Below are positions 36,442 through 46,456 of a stretch of DNA of 64,000 nucleotides, in pieces. The stretch comes from Candidatus Levyibacteriota bacterium (GTDB taxonomy: Bacteria; Patescibacteriota; Microgenomatia; Levybacterales; UBA12049), in assembly GCA_017991775.1 (NCBI GenBank), contig JAGOPV010000004.1:2847-66846 (forward strand), read 5' to 3'. Within the stretch, counting starts at the first letter, position 1. Each line of letters starts with the position of its first letter. A program made the translations under genes and the position numbers. The notes beneath the pieces are model-generated. The model saw only the letters and a program-made list of their open reading frames with translations, was not told the DNA's origin and did no database searches.

Positions 36442-37557
36442 CTATTGAAGGTGTTTCTTGTAAAACGCTACTGTACGCTGCATTGCCAAACCAAAACTAG
36501 ACCCATCGATATTGTGTCCGCCTGTTGAATACTCAAATAACTCATGGGGAACGCTTGTCTTATCAAGAAGTGTTATCAGATCCCTACTATAACCCACATT
36601 CACAACATCGTCATTAACAGCATGATGTAATTCAATTGCTCCTTGAAGATCATTCAGATAATTGGTGGGTGCAACTTGTTTCCAAAATAGACTTTGCGCT
36701 GAAGGACTTCCTACTTTTGCAAAAAGACTTTGACGTCTATTTTGATTCTGCTGCTGAGCTGCACTCGGCATGGGAGGTCGATAGCTATTATCATTAATGC
36801 CGTACTTTCGCTGATCCTCATATGAATAAACTGCACCAGCCCATATCACGATCGCAGGAATAGTCTTTTTGACTACTGCACTTCGCAACAAAATATTACC
36901 AGCCATACTATGCCCCCACATTCCTATTTTTTCTTTATTCACAAAGTCTGCACTCTGTAACGCTGCATATGCATTGAGTGCATCAATCACATAATCGGAT
37001 CCGTAGTATCCACCACCTGGATCTCCTTCTGACTCACCATGTCCACGAAGATCTATCTTGAGTACTACAAATTCATTTCGCGCTAGATAATCGACATAAT
37101 CTACATATTTCTCGGTTGTCACGTAAAGTGTTGGAGGGATATATCCATGAATAAAGACAATTGCTGGCCATCCCCCTTCTGGCTCAGCCCCAGCTGGTCT
37201 AGTCATCAGAGCATTAATCTTAAGACCATCTGAGGTATAGCTTGTAAGGTATGAGGTGTAGTTAGTATTGGTTGAAATTTGATCCAGCTCCCCTAACGAA
37301 CCTTGATACTCTCGTTCGCGAAGATGAGGAATGGTGAGTTCTTTAAACGGTAGGGACTCAACTGACTCAGCAATTTTTTGTGTGACACCTTTACTCTTCT
37401 CCATAAGTCCTGATAAAGACTGTGATGCTATCAAAAAAATCGCGATGACTATAATGGCAAGAACTAGAATATATTTCATTTTCGATTTCTTAGCAGAACT
37501 TTTTGACTCATCAATTTCAACGAGGTCTTCCTGAATTTCATTGGCAAGTGTCGTCAT
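36442..37557 (-). CDS. Membrane-anchored alpha/beta hydrolase (S9/dienelactone-hydrolase-like)
   Basis: TM anchor; nucleophile elbow GHSMAG; catalytic His near C-terminus (GGHN). Confidence 0.7.
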   Translation of the reverse strand: MTTLANEIQEDLVEIDESKSSAKKSKMKYILVLAIIVIAIFLIASQSLSGLMEKSKGVTQKIAESVESLPFKELTIPHLREREYQGSLGELDQISTNTNYTSYLTSYTSDGLKINALMTRPAGAEPEGGWPAIVFIHGYIPPTLYVTTEKYVDYVDYLARNEFVVLKIDLRGHGESEGDPGGGYYGSDYVIDALNAYAALQSADFVNKEKIGMWGHSMAGNILLRSAVVKKTIPAIVIWAGAVYSYEDQRKYGINDNSYRPPMPSAAQQQNQNRRQSLFAKVGSPSAQSLFWKQVAPTNYLNDLQGAIELHHAVNDDVVNVGYSRDLITLLDKTSVPHELFEYSTGGHNIDGSSFGLAMQRTVAFYKKHLQ

Positions 37558-37596
37558 ATGAAGAAATAGTATACCATCTCTTTTCTTAAGGAATTC

Positions 37597-38199
37597 TTAA
37601 GATTCATCAACATAGTATCGGATCTCCTCATTTTCAGGATCAAGGAGCTCATAAAGATATGTGATGTCTTCATCTTTGTGACGAATACACCCTAGACTTC
37701 CTTCATTTTCACTAGACAACTTATCCTCATTCCCAGCAACTCCATGGAGGCCAAAAAACCCTGGCTGCACCCAGTCACATTGTGCATTCTCACCAGAAAC
37801 GGGATCAATACACTCTTCATAAGGCGTGGGTCCATAGGGCCAGTCTATACCTGAAGGTATATCAAGTGTTAAGAAATATGGAGCGGTATCAGGATTATCG
37901 CTAGAGCTCTCTTTCTTGATAATCTTCCAATACTCTCTCCCCATCAAGCGTGGCAATGGCGTAGGGCTCTTCCCATCTATCCCTGTCTTAACTTGAAATA
38001 CACGTATAATTTGACTATGATTAGCATCTCCTGGCGTGCCCTTATATAATGTTTCTGTCTGAGATGTTCGAGCTAATCTTAGCCAGTACTTTGCAGGCAC
38101 AATCATTTCTTCTTGATGAACAAAACTTTTATGGAAAACAAAAATACTACCAATAATAAAGACCAGACCGAATATGAAAATGAAATACCTCAAACGCAT
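37597..38199 (-). CDS. L,D-transpeptidase (YkuD domain)
   Basis: YkuD catalytic motif GLHGV...SLGCIRH with Cys nucleophile; N-terminal TM. Confidence 0.75.
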   Translation of the reverse strand: MRLRYFIFIFGLVFIIGSIFVFHKSFVHQEEMIVPAKYWLRLARTSQTETLYKGTPGDANHSQIIRVFQVKTGIDGKSPTPLPRLMGREYWKIIKKESSSDNPDTAPYFLTLDIPSGIDWPYGPTPYEECIDPVSGENAQCDWVQPGFFGLHGVAGNEDKLSSENEGSLGCIRHKDEDITYLYELLDPENEEIRYYVDES

Positions 38200-39354
38200 C
38201 AGAATTATCTTAGCAAAAGAGGCATCATATTTACACTAATTGGGCTTTTTCTCACAATACTTTTGGCTGTCCATTTTTTTTCCACTTTTATCCATGAGAT
38301 CGAGATGTCGCCCGATGGAAAGCGTGTCATCCTCCCCTCTCGGCAAAATTCGAATGAAACAAATCGTCCGACAACTTTTCCAATTGCAACGAAAAATCAG
38401 AGCTCATTCCCTCCGACTCCAGATCAGAAGGTCCTAGCCAACTCATATCACATTTTCCAGTCATTTAATAATTGTGGTCCGGCTGCCCTCTCTATGGCAC
38501 TTTCTTATTTTGACATCTCTGCAACTCAGGCTGAGTTGGGCCAGGCACTTCGCCCGTATCAAAATCCAAATGGTGATAATGATGATAAATCGGTAACACT
38601 TGAAGAAATAGCTACATACGCAAACGAAAAATATGGACTCACAGCATATCGTCGACCAATGGGAGACATGGCAACGATCAAACAATTTATCGCAAATGAT
38701 ATTCCCGTGATCACAAGGACATGGCTTAAACAAGATGACGACATCGGTCATTTTCGAATTATAAAAGGCTATAACGATACAAGGGGCATTATTATCCAAG
38801 ATGATTCATATCAAGGGAAAAATCTCGAATACACGTATGATGATTTTATGTCTATCTGGAAAAAATTTAACTATGAATACCTCGTCCTTGTACCTAAGAA
38901 CAAAGAAAGCGTAGCGAAATTAATTCTCAATGAGAACATTGACGAGAAAATAGCATGGCGTCGTGCTATCACTAACTCTGAAAAAGATCTCAAAATAAAT
39001 CCCAATGACTTCTATGCAGGATTTAATTTATCCGTAGCATATTATGAAATTGGCTACTATCAAAAATCAGTAGAGGAGTATGAGAAAATTAAAGAAATAC
39101 TTCCATTTCGAACACTTTGGTATCAAATTGAACCTTTAAAAGCTCTCTATGAGATCAAAAGATATGACGAACTTCTAGATATCACTGGAAGAATCCTTTC
39201 AAATCAAAACAGAGCGTACTCTGAGCTCTATATCATCAGAGGTGATATCTATAAAGCCCAGAATAACACCACCCTTGCTCGAGCAGAGTACGAAAAAGCC
39301 GTCCAGTATAATTCTCACCTTACTCTTGCCCAAAATAAATTAGACTCACTTTAG
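38113..39354 (+). CDS. Peptidase C39-like (papain-fold) domain protein with C-terminal TPR repeats
   Basis: NCGPAALSMALSYF Cys motif, His in DDIGHFRIIKGY; TPR-like C-terminus; 5' end overlaps divergent ldt gene so start uncertain. Confidence 0.65.
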   Translation: MMNKTFMENKNTTNNKDQTEYENEIPQTHQNYLSKRGIIFTLIGLFLTILLAVHFFSTFIHEIEMSPDGKRVILPSRQNSNETNRPTTFPIATKNQSSFPPTPDQKVLANSYHIFQSFNNCGPAALSMALSYFDISATQAELGQALRPYQNPNGDNDDKSVTLEEIATYANEKYGLTAYRRPMGDMATIKQFIANDIPVITRTWLKQDDDIGHFRIIKGYNDTRGIIIQDDSYQGKNLEYTYDDFMSIWKKFNYEYLVLVPKNKESVAKLILNENIDEKIAWRRAITNSEKDLKINPNDFYAGFNLSVAYYEIGYYQKSVEEYEKIKEILPFRTLWYQIEPLKALYEIKRYDELLDITGRILSNQNRAYSELYIIRGDIYKAQNNTTLARAEYEKAVQYNSHLTLAQNKLDSL

Positions 39355-39767
39355 AAAAGTCCAATAATAATCCCCATGACTAGAAGTGCAGCCAACTGAT
39401 TTCCTGCATTTATCCAGACATGTGGCATCGTCTTTTTTCCAAAAAAGTTATCATTGAGTTGACTTGGCACGACAAATCCCAGCCAGACAAAAAATGCTGT
39501 AGTGAGACCTGCTTGGATCATCGGGTAGCCAAAATAACTCGCCGACATCTTGATAAGATGAGCAAGTATAAAGGCAGTGACTAAAGTTACAACGAAGTTA
39601 ACAGGATAGATCTTACCCATTTCCTTCGCATCATGCTGAGCCTTATCTTTTGACTCAGTCATAATCTTCATATATTGTTTTCCAAACAAGACTGTGTACC
39701 ATGCAAACCCTACAACAGTTGCTCCAACTGCTGCTAATAAAACCGCAATATAGTTTATTTCAATCAT
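39351..39767 (-). CDS. DUF1761-family small membrane protein
   Basis: MIEINYIAVLLAAV...FAWYTVLFGK pattern typical of DUF1761; strong GGAGGAGG RBS. Confidence 0.55.
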   Translation of the reverse strand: MIEINYIAVLLAAVGATVVGFAWYTVLFGKQYMKIMTESKDKAQHDAKEMGKIYPVNFVVTLVTAFILAHLIKMSASYFGYPMIQAGLTTAFFVWLGFVVPSQLNDNFFGKKTMPHVWINAGNQLAALLVMGIIIGLF

Positions 39768-39840
39768 TTTCTACTCACCTCCTCCGCCCGCCGAAGTTTT
39801 AACGAAGGCGGGTCTTTCTTACTCTCCAAATAATATCACC

Positions 39841-40809
39841 CTACTTCTCAACTGTGAAGTATTTATAGACTGCTGTGGAAACATCAGCAATCCTCCCCTC
39901 CGCGGCAAGTGGATCAGAACTTTCAGACATAGCGACAATAATATATGGACTAGTCGTATAGACTATACCTGCGTCATGAGTAAAGTCTCCTAATTCACCT
40001 GTCTTATGAGCGACGACTGTAGAATCCGGTAAATTAAGTGGTAGCTTATTATTAAGTCGCTGCTGCTTTAGTAGCTCTAACATCTCTTTTGAGGCAGACT
40101 CGCTCACAAGATCTCCCCTGTAAAGTCTTTCCAGAAAAAGCGCCATATCTGAAGGTGTCGTAGTCGGATTGTTACCACTTGTCCCTACCTTGGAATCCTC
40201 AAAACCTTGCTCATCCAAAAATGTTGTGACTGAGGAAAGTCTGATTTTTTCTGTAAGCAAAAGTGCTGCATAGTTATCTGAAAATGTAATCATATTAAAA
40301 AGTGCATTCTCTACACTTAAGGTGATCTTTCCTTCAGATCTTTCTGCTGATTCTGATGCTATCTTGAACTTCTCATTAAGGACTTTGACATCCTGACTGA
40401 GTACTGTGTTCAACTCTAAATCACCCTTCTCTACTTTTTCAAAAACAACAGCCATGATCCACAATTTATAGAGACTTGCCGACTCGAACGACTTTTGAGG
40501 ATTGCGAGAATATGACTCACCTGTCGCCAGGTCTTTAACAACAATTCCATACGTCCCTTTTGTCCCATCTAACTCTGACGAAACTACCTCATCAAGCTGC
40601 GTGTTTTTCGAGAATGACGTAGGGGTGATTTTAGAAGTCGGGCTAGTGGACGCATTAAGCACCCGCTTTGTGTCTTTTGGCAAAATGTACATAACGAGGA
40701 AAAAATAGATCAGCCCAATAATAAAGAAAAGTAGGAGAAAAAATCGAGTGACTTGTCTTCGTATCCTTCTTCGTCTCCTATGCAGCATGGCTGAATTAGA
40801 ATACCACAA
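39841..40809 (-). CDS. Class A beta-lactamase-fold serine hydrolase, membrane-anchored
   Basis: SxxK (SASLYK), SDN-like and KTG (KTGELG) motifs; Arg-rich N-terminus + TM. Confidence 0.7.
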   Translation of the reverse strand: MWYSNSAMLHRRRRRIRRQVTRFFLLLFFIIGLIYFFLVMYILPKDTKRVLNASTSPTSKITPTSFSKNTQLDEVVSSELDGTKGTYGIVVKDLATGESYSRNPQKSFESASLYKLWIMAVVFEKVEKGDLELNTVLSQDVKVLNEKFKIASESAERSEGKITLSVENALFNMITFSDNYAALLLTEKIRLSSVTTFLDEQGFEDSKVGTSGNNPTTTPSDMALFLERLYRGDLVSESASKEMLELLKQQRLNNKLPLNLPDSTVVAHKTGELGDFTHDAGIVYTTSPYIIVAMSESSDPLAAEGRIADVSTAVYKYFTVEK

Positions 40810-40926
40810 GATGATAAATTAGGAATCAGTCAATAGGAACTAGGAAATAGTTCCAATATGACATTGTAACTAATTTCTAATTCCTAGTTACTAGCTTCTA
40901 TCTCTGGGGGGGGTACTTGCTATGTA

Positions 40927-41493
40927 GTGTATAATAGATCCATGGACACACAATATGAGACCGCAACGTTTGCAAATGGCTGCTTCTGGTGCACTGAAGC
41001 GATCTTTCAAAGACTCAAAGGCGTAAAATCAGTCAGCCCAGGATACACAGGAGGTACGACTGTTAACCCATCATACGAAGATGTATGCAACGGCAACACG
41101 GGTCATGCCGAGGCTCTTCAGATCGTCTTTGATCCAAGTGTGATCACCTACGAAAAACTTCTTGATGTCTATTGGCACACTCATAACCCTACCACTCTCA
41201 ATCGACAAGGTAATGATGTTGGAACTCAGTACAGATCTGTGATCTTTTATCAAAATGATAGACAAAAAGATGCAGCAGAGAAATCCAAAATGGAACTAGA
41301 AGAATCTGGATATTATCCAGACCCAATTGTCACCAAGATCGAACCACTTAATGCATGGTTCGCAGCTGAAGATTATCACAAGGACTACTACAACAAGAAT
41401 GGATCAGCTGGCTACTGCTCAGTGATCATTGATCCAAAAGTGAGGAAATTTATCGCTGAATACTCTCAGGACGTTCAAGATAAGTATAAATAG
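40927..41493 (+). CDS. msrA: Peptide-methionine (S)-S-oxide reductase MsrA
   Basis: GCFWCTE active-site motif. Confidence 0.9.
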   Translation: MYNRSMDTQYETATFANGCFWCTEAIFQRLKGVKSVSPGYTGGTTVNPSYEDVCNGNTGHAEALQIVFDPSVITYEKLLDVYWHTHNPTTLNRQGNDVGTQYRSVIFYQNDRQKDAAEKSKMELEESGYYPDPIVTKIEPLNAWFAAEDYHKDYYNKNGSAGYCSVIIDPKVRKFIAEYSQDVQDKYK

Positions 41494-41515
41494 AAGTTAT
41501 AGAAATTGATCCCCT

Positions 41516-41552
41516 GAAAAAAGGCGGCGGGCCCAAAATGGGAGCCGCCGCA
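41516..41552 (-). terminator. GC-rich hairpin with T-tract on minus strand
   Basis: GCGGCGG...CCGCCGC stem with inner CCC/GGG, A6 on plus side (U-run for minus-strand MarR gene). Confidence 0.5.
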
Positions 41553-41579
41553 AATAATGGATTAAGACCATCGCTGCCG

Positions 41580-42005
41580 CTAGTCGTCGCAAAGACAACT
41601 TAATACGATGATCGCATTCTCGACCGCCTTTGGCGGGATACCTTTTTTAGAGGCTACTTGAACCAGCTCTCTCCTTAACTTAATCTCAAGAGCGACTAGA
41701 TGGCTTACGCCATCAGGACTGAGCTCATAGAGCCAAATTCTCCCGTCTGAATCGTCTTGGAACCGGGAGATAAGCCCTTCCTCCAAAAGTCGCCCCACGA
41801 TTTTTGGGCACTGCTGGCCTGTCATTGACTTGAGGGCCATCTCTTTTACGGTACGAGCCCCAAGTTCGATTGCGACAAGCACATCAAGCTCGTCACTTTT
41901 CTTAGCGTTGATCAGAATTTGGGAGAGCATGCCCCCAATCGCACGACTGGACCTTGGGATTCTATTTCTCAGTGTGCTTGAACGATCAACCATGGATACC
42001 TCCAA
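41580..42005 (-). CDS. MarR-like winged-helix regulator (GC-rich island)
   Basis: wHTH pattern; local GC clearly above genome background. Confidence 0.55.
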   Translation of the reverse strand: MEVSMVDRSSTLRNRIPRSSRAIGGMLSQILINAKKSDELDVLVAIELGARTVKEMALKSMTGQQCPKIVGRLLEEGLISRFQDDSDGRIWLYELSPDGVSHLVALEIKLRRELVQVASKKGIPPKAVENAIIVLSCLCDD

Positions 42006-42129
42006 TACTAATTAGGCGAAGAGTCAATTGAACTACGTGTATTATAGGATATTTTGATGAGGATTTCAAACCAAGAAAAAGCGGCGATCTGTACCAGATG
42101 GTATAGAATCGCCGCACGTGTAAGATGAG

Positions 42130-42546
42130 TTACTCCCGACTGGAAAAATAGTCCAGTGAAATTGTATTGTTTGACGAGTTCTGTTTCGACAGCCACTCAT
42201 CTTTGATGTCCAGGAATGTTCCAGAAATACGCTGCAAAAGCTGTAGCCCATCATCAGATAGGCATATTGTGACCTCAACGTCACGCTCAATGTGCCTACA
42301 AACCAGCCGTAGGTCCTCGAGCCTACCAACTGCAGCTGACACTGCTGACCTTGTTGACATCAGGTCACCGGCAAGCCCGATGAACGTAGCACGATCGCTC
42401 CTATAAACTTTGAGCATCACTAAAAGCTCAAAGAAGGTCAAAGGTTCATCGACTTTCCAGAGAAGATAGTTGAAGAATTGCAACAATAGTCTTTCGACCA
42501 TCATCATATTCTCCAACGAATTAAGCCTTTCCTTGCAAGTGTCCAT
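42130..42546 (-). CDS. MarR-like winged-helix regulator (GC-rich island)
   Basis: wHTH pattern; GC-rich. Confidence 0.55.
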   Translation of the reverse strand: MDTCKERLNSLENMMMVERLLLQFFNYLLWKVDEPLTFFELLVMLKVYRSDRATFIGLAGDLMSTRSAVSAAVGRLEDLRLVCRHIERDVEVTICLSDDGLQLLQRISGTFLDIKDEWLSKQNSSNNTISLDYFSSRE

Positions 42547-42620
42547 GACGATTCTCCCTCATCTGTGAATACGAACAACGGCTGAACTAGTGTGAAGTAT
42601 AAGGCTTTTACACTGCGAGT

Positions 42621-43544
42621 TCAATGAAGAGGCGGAGTAACACCTTTGTGGTGAATCGTGATTTTATAATAGTTATCTTCACAACTCTTGTCACAAAATG
42701 CGAGACCAGTCTTTTCGTCCAGACAGTCATCGCAGCTAATGAAATGTCTATGGCACTCGTTATACGCGCAATTCACATAACTATCACATGGCTTACTACA
42801 TTTATCACATGATCCAACGATTTGATGCTCTGGACTGTCTGTATTAAATCCAACTGTAATTCTCTTATCAAAAACATACAGCTTGCCTTTGAAATGCCGA
42901 TTGGGATACTTCTCCATGTAGGTATGTATTCCATCTTTAAGCTGATAGACATCAGCAAATCCATTCTCTACCAAAAAACCAGATGCCTTCTCGCATCGGA
43001 TGCCACCGGTGCATACTGTCACAACAGTCTTGTCTCTTAGATGAATTAGCTTAGGAAGGACGCTTGGGAGATCGTAGAAATTCTTAAGTTCTGAGGAGAT
43101 GAAATTCTCAAAATGACCACTCGCATACTCATAGTCGTTGCGCATATCGACGACATAAAATTCTTTTCCATCTTCATACCATTGATGCAGCTCCTCCGCT
43201 GACAGATACTTACCTGTTGTTCTATTGGGGTCTAACCCATCAACTTTGGTAGTCACGACTTCTGGTCTAAATTTCACAGAGAGCTTTGGAAACGCTTCGC
43301 CAGTTCCTGTACTTTTTTTAAATGTAATATCTTTAAAGTATTCAGACTCTCCCATCACCTTGGTATACTTTTCTGTATTCTCAGCTGTACCCTCAACTGT
43401 TCCATTAATCCCCTCATATGACACGATAATACGACCCTTCAAGTCCAGGGACTCACAAAGAGCTCTCTGCTCATCTCGAACATTTTTAGGATCTGCTATC
43501 GAAATATATTTATAGAATAGTAAGACCTGAAAATTTTGCTTCAT
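42621..43544 (-). CDS. trhO: tRNA uridine(34) hydroxylase TrhO (rhodanese-like, YceA/UPF0176) with Cys-rich C-terminal extension
   Basis: LLFYKY... N-domain, rhodanese active-site loop CTGGIRCEKAS, C-terminal CxxC-rich tail; start set at MKQNF. Confidence 0.75.
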   Translation of the reverse strand: MKQNFQVLLFYKYISIADPKNVRDEQRALCESLDLKGRIIVSYEGINGTVEGTAENTEKYTKVMGESEYFKDITFKKSTGTGEAFPKLSVKFRPEVVTTKVDGLDPNRTTGKYLSAEELHQWYEDGKEFYVVDMRNDYEYASGHFENFISSELKNFYDLPSVLPKLIHLRDKTVVTVCTGGIRCEKASGFLVENGFADVYQLKDGIHTYMEKYPNRHFKGKLYVFDKRITVGFNTDSPEHQIVGSCDKCSKPCDSYVNCAYNECHRHFISCDDCLDEKTGLAFCDKSCEDNYYKITIHHKGVTPPLH

Positions 43545-43645
43545 GAGGCTATTATACCACGAGATGGGATTACAAACTAAAATTAATGTCATCCTGAACT
43601 TGTTTCAGGATCTCAGTTAGATGCTGAAATAATTTCAGCATGACA

Positions 43646-45004
43646 CTATTTTTTAATAAATGTGAGGAAGTCGTCCTGCATTTTTTGCATTTTTTCTTTC
43701 TCCATATTCGCAATCATCAGCATCGCTTCATCAGATCGCTTAAGAAAATCACGATCAACTTCTGCGATATCTGGATTGACTGTCAGAGCAATGTTATTCA
43801 TCCCCATCAATCTTAGACCATTCAAATTTCTCAAGCGAGATAGCGCGACATACCCTTGTCCTGGCACAAAAGAACGGGAGAGATCGACCTCAGCCGCGTC
43901 CAACGACATACCTTGTGACTTATGCACTGTGATAGCCCAAGCAAGCCGAAGTGGGATCTGGCTGATCGCAGCCACAACATTTCCTTGTCCTGAGCCTGTC
44001 GCAGGATCTTCTTTAACTTCCCAACTCGAAGCATCAACGATGATCTCTGCCCCATCAAAAGTACGGACCTTTGGGTGTCCTTCTTTATCAAAACCTATTA
44101 CTTCTCCCAGTGTACCGTTGACATACCCTACATCCCAATTGTTCTTCACGAACATCACCTGGGCTCCAACTTTTAAGGACAACCTTTCTGGAGCTAGGCA
44201 GGTTTTTCGTAAAGTTTCAACGATCTTGGGACTACCTCGACCTACCATTAAGAAGTCATGTGACTCGCCCTTAAGTTCATCAAGTTCTTTTTTATTAATT
44301 GCATCAACATCTGCATTATGTGTGAACAATTTTGTCGGCTTAGAATACCCTTCTGGATTTTTATCAAGACGCTCTGAGAGAACTTCAACAGTATCTTCAT
44401 TAACCTCTCCAGATCGAATATCACTGAGAACTCGCAAAAAGGATCTATCGCTTTGCCTGAACTGCTCATCTAGATAGCAAATCTGTAGACGCATGTTATT
44501 CCAGACTTCTGCATCAATAACATAGGAAGGCTTCTCACCACCTTTCACGACAGGAGGAAGTTGAAAAAAATCCCCACACATGATTACTTGCATCCCGCCA
44601 AAAGGCTCATAATTTCGCTTAAAGCCTCTACATATTGCATCCACAATATCGAGCTGGTGTGCATGAAGCATCGAGACTTCGTCAATGATCAGGACCTTAG
44701 CAAGCAAAAATCTTTTTCGAAGGTATGACCTCTTCATAAGATCATGGATTTCAGGAGTAGTGATCGTGTCTTTTATCCCCATCCCCGACCAGCTATGAAT
44801 AGTCGTCCCACCCATGTGAGTTGCTGCAATTCCAGTTGAGGCTGTAATACCAACGCTCACTTTTTGCTGCTTAAGATAATCTATATATTGATTGAGCAGA
44901 TGTGTTTTGCCACTTCCAGCAGGACCTGTGAGATAGACATTATGCCCTAGCTTGAGCAGATTGAGGGCATCTTTTTGTGTCATAGGAGAACAGTAGTATA
45001 GCAT
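43646..45004 (-). CDS. Pif1/RecD-family SF1 helicase
   Basis: Walker A GPAGSGKTH, motif II IIDEVSM, Pif1-like GDFFQLPPV; start ambiguous because 8-nt repeat supplies ATGs in all frames (ORF track 45052). Confidence 0.8.
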   Translation of the reverse strand: MLYYCSPMTQKDALNLLKLGHNVYLTGPAGSGKTHLLNQYIDYLKQQKVSVGITASTGIAATHMGGTTIHSWSGMGIKDTITTPEIHDLMKRSYLRKRFLLAKVLIIDEVSMLHAHQLDIVDAICRGFKRNYEPFGGMQVIMCGDFFQLPPVVKGGEKPSYVIDAEVWNNMRLQICYLDEQFRQSDRSFLRVLSDIRSGEVNEDTVEVLSERLDKNPEGYSKPTKLFTHNADVDAINKKELDELKGESHDFLMVGRGSPKIVETLRKTCLAPERLSLKVGAQVMFVKNNWDVGYVNGTLGEVIGFDKEGHPKVRTFDGAEIIVDASSWEVKEDPATGSGQGNVVAAISQIPLRLAWAITVHKSQGMSLDAAEVDLSRSFVPGQGYVALSRLRNLNGLRLMGMNNIALTVNPDIAEVDRDFLKRSDEAMLMIANMEKEKMQKMQDDFLTFIKK

Positions 45005-45059
45005 GACTGCATGACTGCATGACTGCATGACTGCATGACTGCATGACTGCATGACTGCA
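45001..45059. repeat. 8-nt tandem repeat (GCATGACT) x about 7.4 overlapping the helicase start region
   Basis: Read directly; each unit carries an ATG on the coding (minus) strand. Confidence 0.9.
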
Positions 45060-45064
45060 AAATT

Positions 45065-45607
45065 CTAGTCGTCGAAGTCTTTGTAGACTTTTGAGCCCAC
45101 GAGAGTTTTTTTCTTACCATCAGAACTTGGGATCAATTCTTCAATAATTTGTGAGTAACGAAATGGGTTGTGAATCATGTACATATCCTGATATTTTGTA
45201 CCTCGAAAATCAGATAGCGAGACAGTACCAAAGTTGAACATCCTACCATACGCACTTTGATAGACCTCGACCATCCGCACATGACTCAAGAGAAATTTTT
45301 CCTCCTTTTTAAAAAAGACTCCCCTGCGATGATAAAGTGTCGTCGATGTAATTTCATAATATTCATTCAGCCACTGCAAAACGATATAGATAGATAACGA
45401 CATTTTAATAAGAAGAAATGTAATAAATATTGGAATGGTGAAGACCGTAAATTCAAAACCTGCAAAGGTGTCGCGAATCATAGCCAGCGATGAGAAAGAA
45501 AAGACTGCAAGTCCTCCAGACATGATTTCAATAAATAGTAATTTCGCGAGAAGAAGAGAGATGCTTGTTCTAACATTGACGTGTGTGACTTGTATCGGCT
45601 TCTCCAT
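45065..45607 (-). CDS. bPH_2/YdbT-like membrane protein (bacterial PH domain)
   Basis: Two TM helices + PH-like domain pattern. Confidence 0.55.
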   Translation of the reverse strand: MEKPIQVTHVNVRTSISLLLAKLLFIEIMSGGLAVFSFSSLAMIRDTFAGFEFTVFTIPIFITFLLIKMSLSIYIVLQWLNEYYEITSTTLYHRRGVFFKKEEKFLLSHVRMVEVYQSAYGRMFNFGTVSLSDFRGTKYQDMYMIHNPFRYSQIIEELIPSSDGKKKTLVGSKVYKDFDD

Positions 45608-45614
45608 TTTTTAT

Positions 45615-46328
45615 TTACTGCGCAATCTTCATGTGATACTTAAGACTATAGATCCAATCCTCTTCATTACCAGGACTTTGCAACTTCTGTTCCAAGAGCC
45701 ACTCTAAATATGGCCTATCTGTCATGACTATCTCCTCAATTTTTTTACCTCTATGCTTACCAAAATTCATCATTGTATAGAGAATTGGGTCAAGCGAAAT
45801 CCTCAGCATTTCCTCGACAGCTTTTTCATGCGTACCCTGCTGCTCCATAACTTTTGCGTAAAGTCGCTTGAAGAGTGCTTCAAGTACGATTACATCATCT
45901 TTCGCTTCATGCGCTGAAGCCTCTACATCAAGATCAAGATAATAGCGAAGATACTGCATGTTGTACTCAGGGATCTTGCTCTCAGGATCCATCGCTCGAG
46001 CCAACTTGAGCGTGCAGATAAATCGTGGCACCTCGATATCCTCGTGGGCAAGCATTGTGATATCAAAAACAGCATTATGCGCAACGAGAATTTTTTCTTT
46101 CAGTAAAAGTGATAGGTCCTTGCTCATAGCACTACCTGCAAAGGGTTCTTTATCATCTACCATTCTATTGGTGACGTGCGTGATGCTCTGAGACTTAATA
46201 GAGATTGGAAGTGGTGGTTTGAAATACGCGTCCTTTATCTCTGTCCCAATTTTGTAGCAGACTTGAAATAGCCTATCTTCTAGCAACTGATTGCCAGTCG
46301 TTTCGGTATCCAAAAACATGAAATCATC
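45615..46328 (-). CDS. DEDD 3'-5' exonuclease (DnaQ/epsilon-like)
   Basis: FLDTETTG (Exo I), HNAVFD (Exo II), HEAKDD (Exo III); start set at MDDFMFLD. Confidence 0.75.
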   Translation of the reverse strand, partial: DDFMFLDTETTGNQLLEDRLFQVCYKIGTEIKDAYFKPPLPISIKSQSITHVTNRMVDDKEPFAGSAMSKDLSLLLKEKILVAHNAVFDITMLAHEDIEVPRFICTLKLARAMDPESKIPEYNMQYLRYYLDLDVEASAHEAKDDVIVLEALFKRLYAKVMEQQGTHEKAVEEMLRISLDPILYTMMNFGKHRGKKIEEIVMTDRPYLEWLLEQKLQSPGNEEDWIYSLKYHMKIAQ

Positions 46329-46456
46329 CATGAGCACATTATAGCAGGCCAGCAAATTGCAGGATAGCATGCGAGTAAACCAAGGGTATAAAAAACTCAG
46401 GTTAATAATTACTCCATCTGCTTGCCCGCCCGCCTGCTTTACGCTATCGTTAATGT

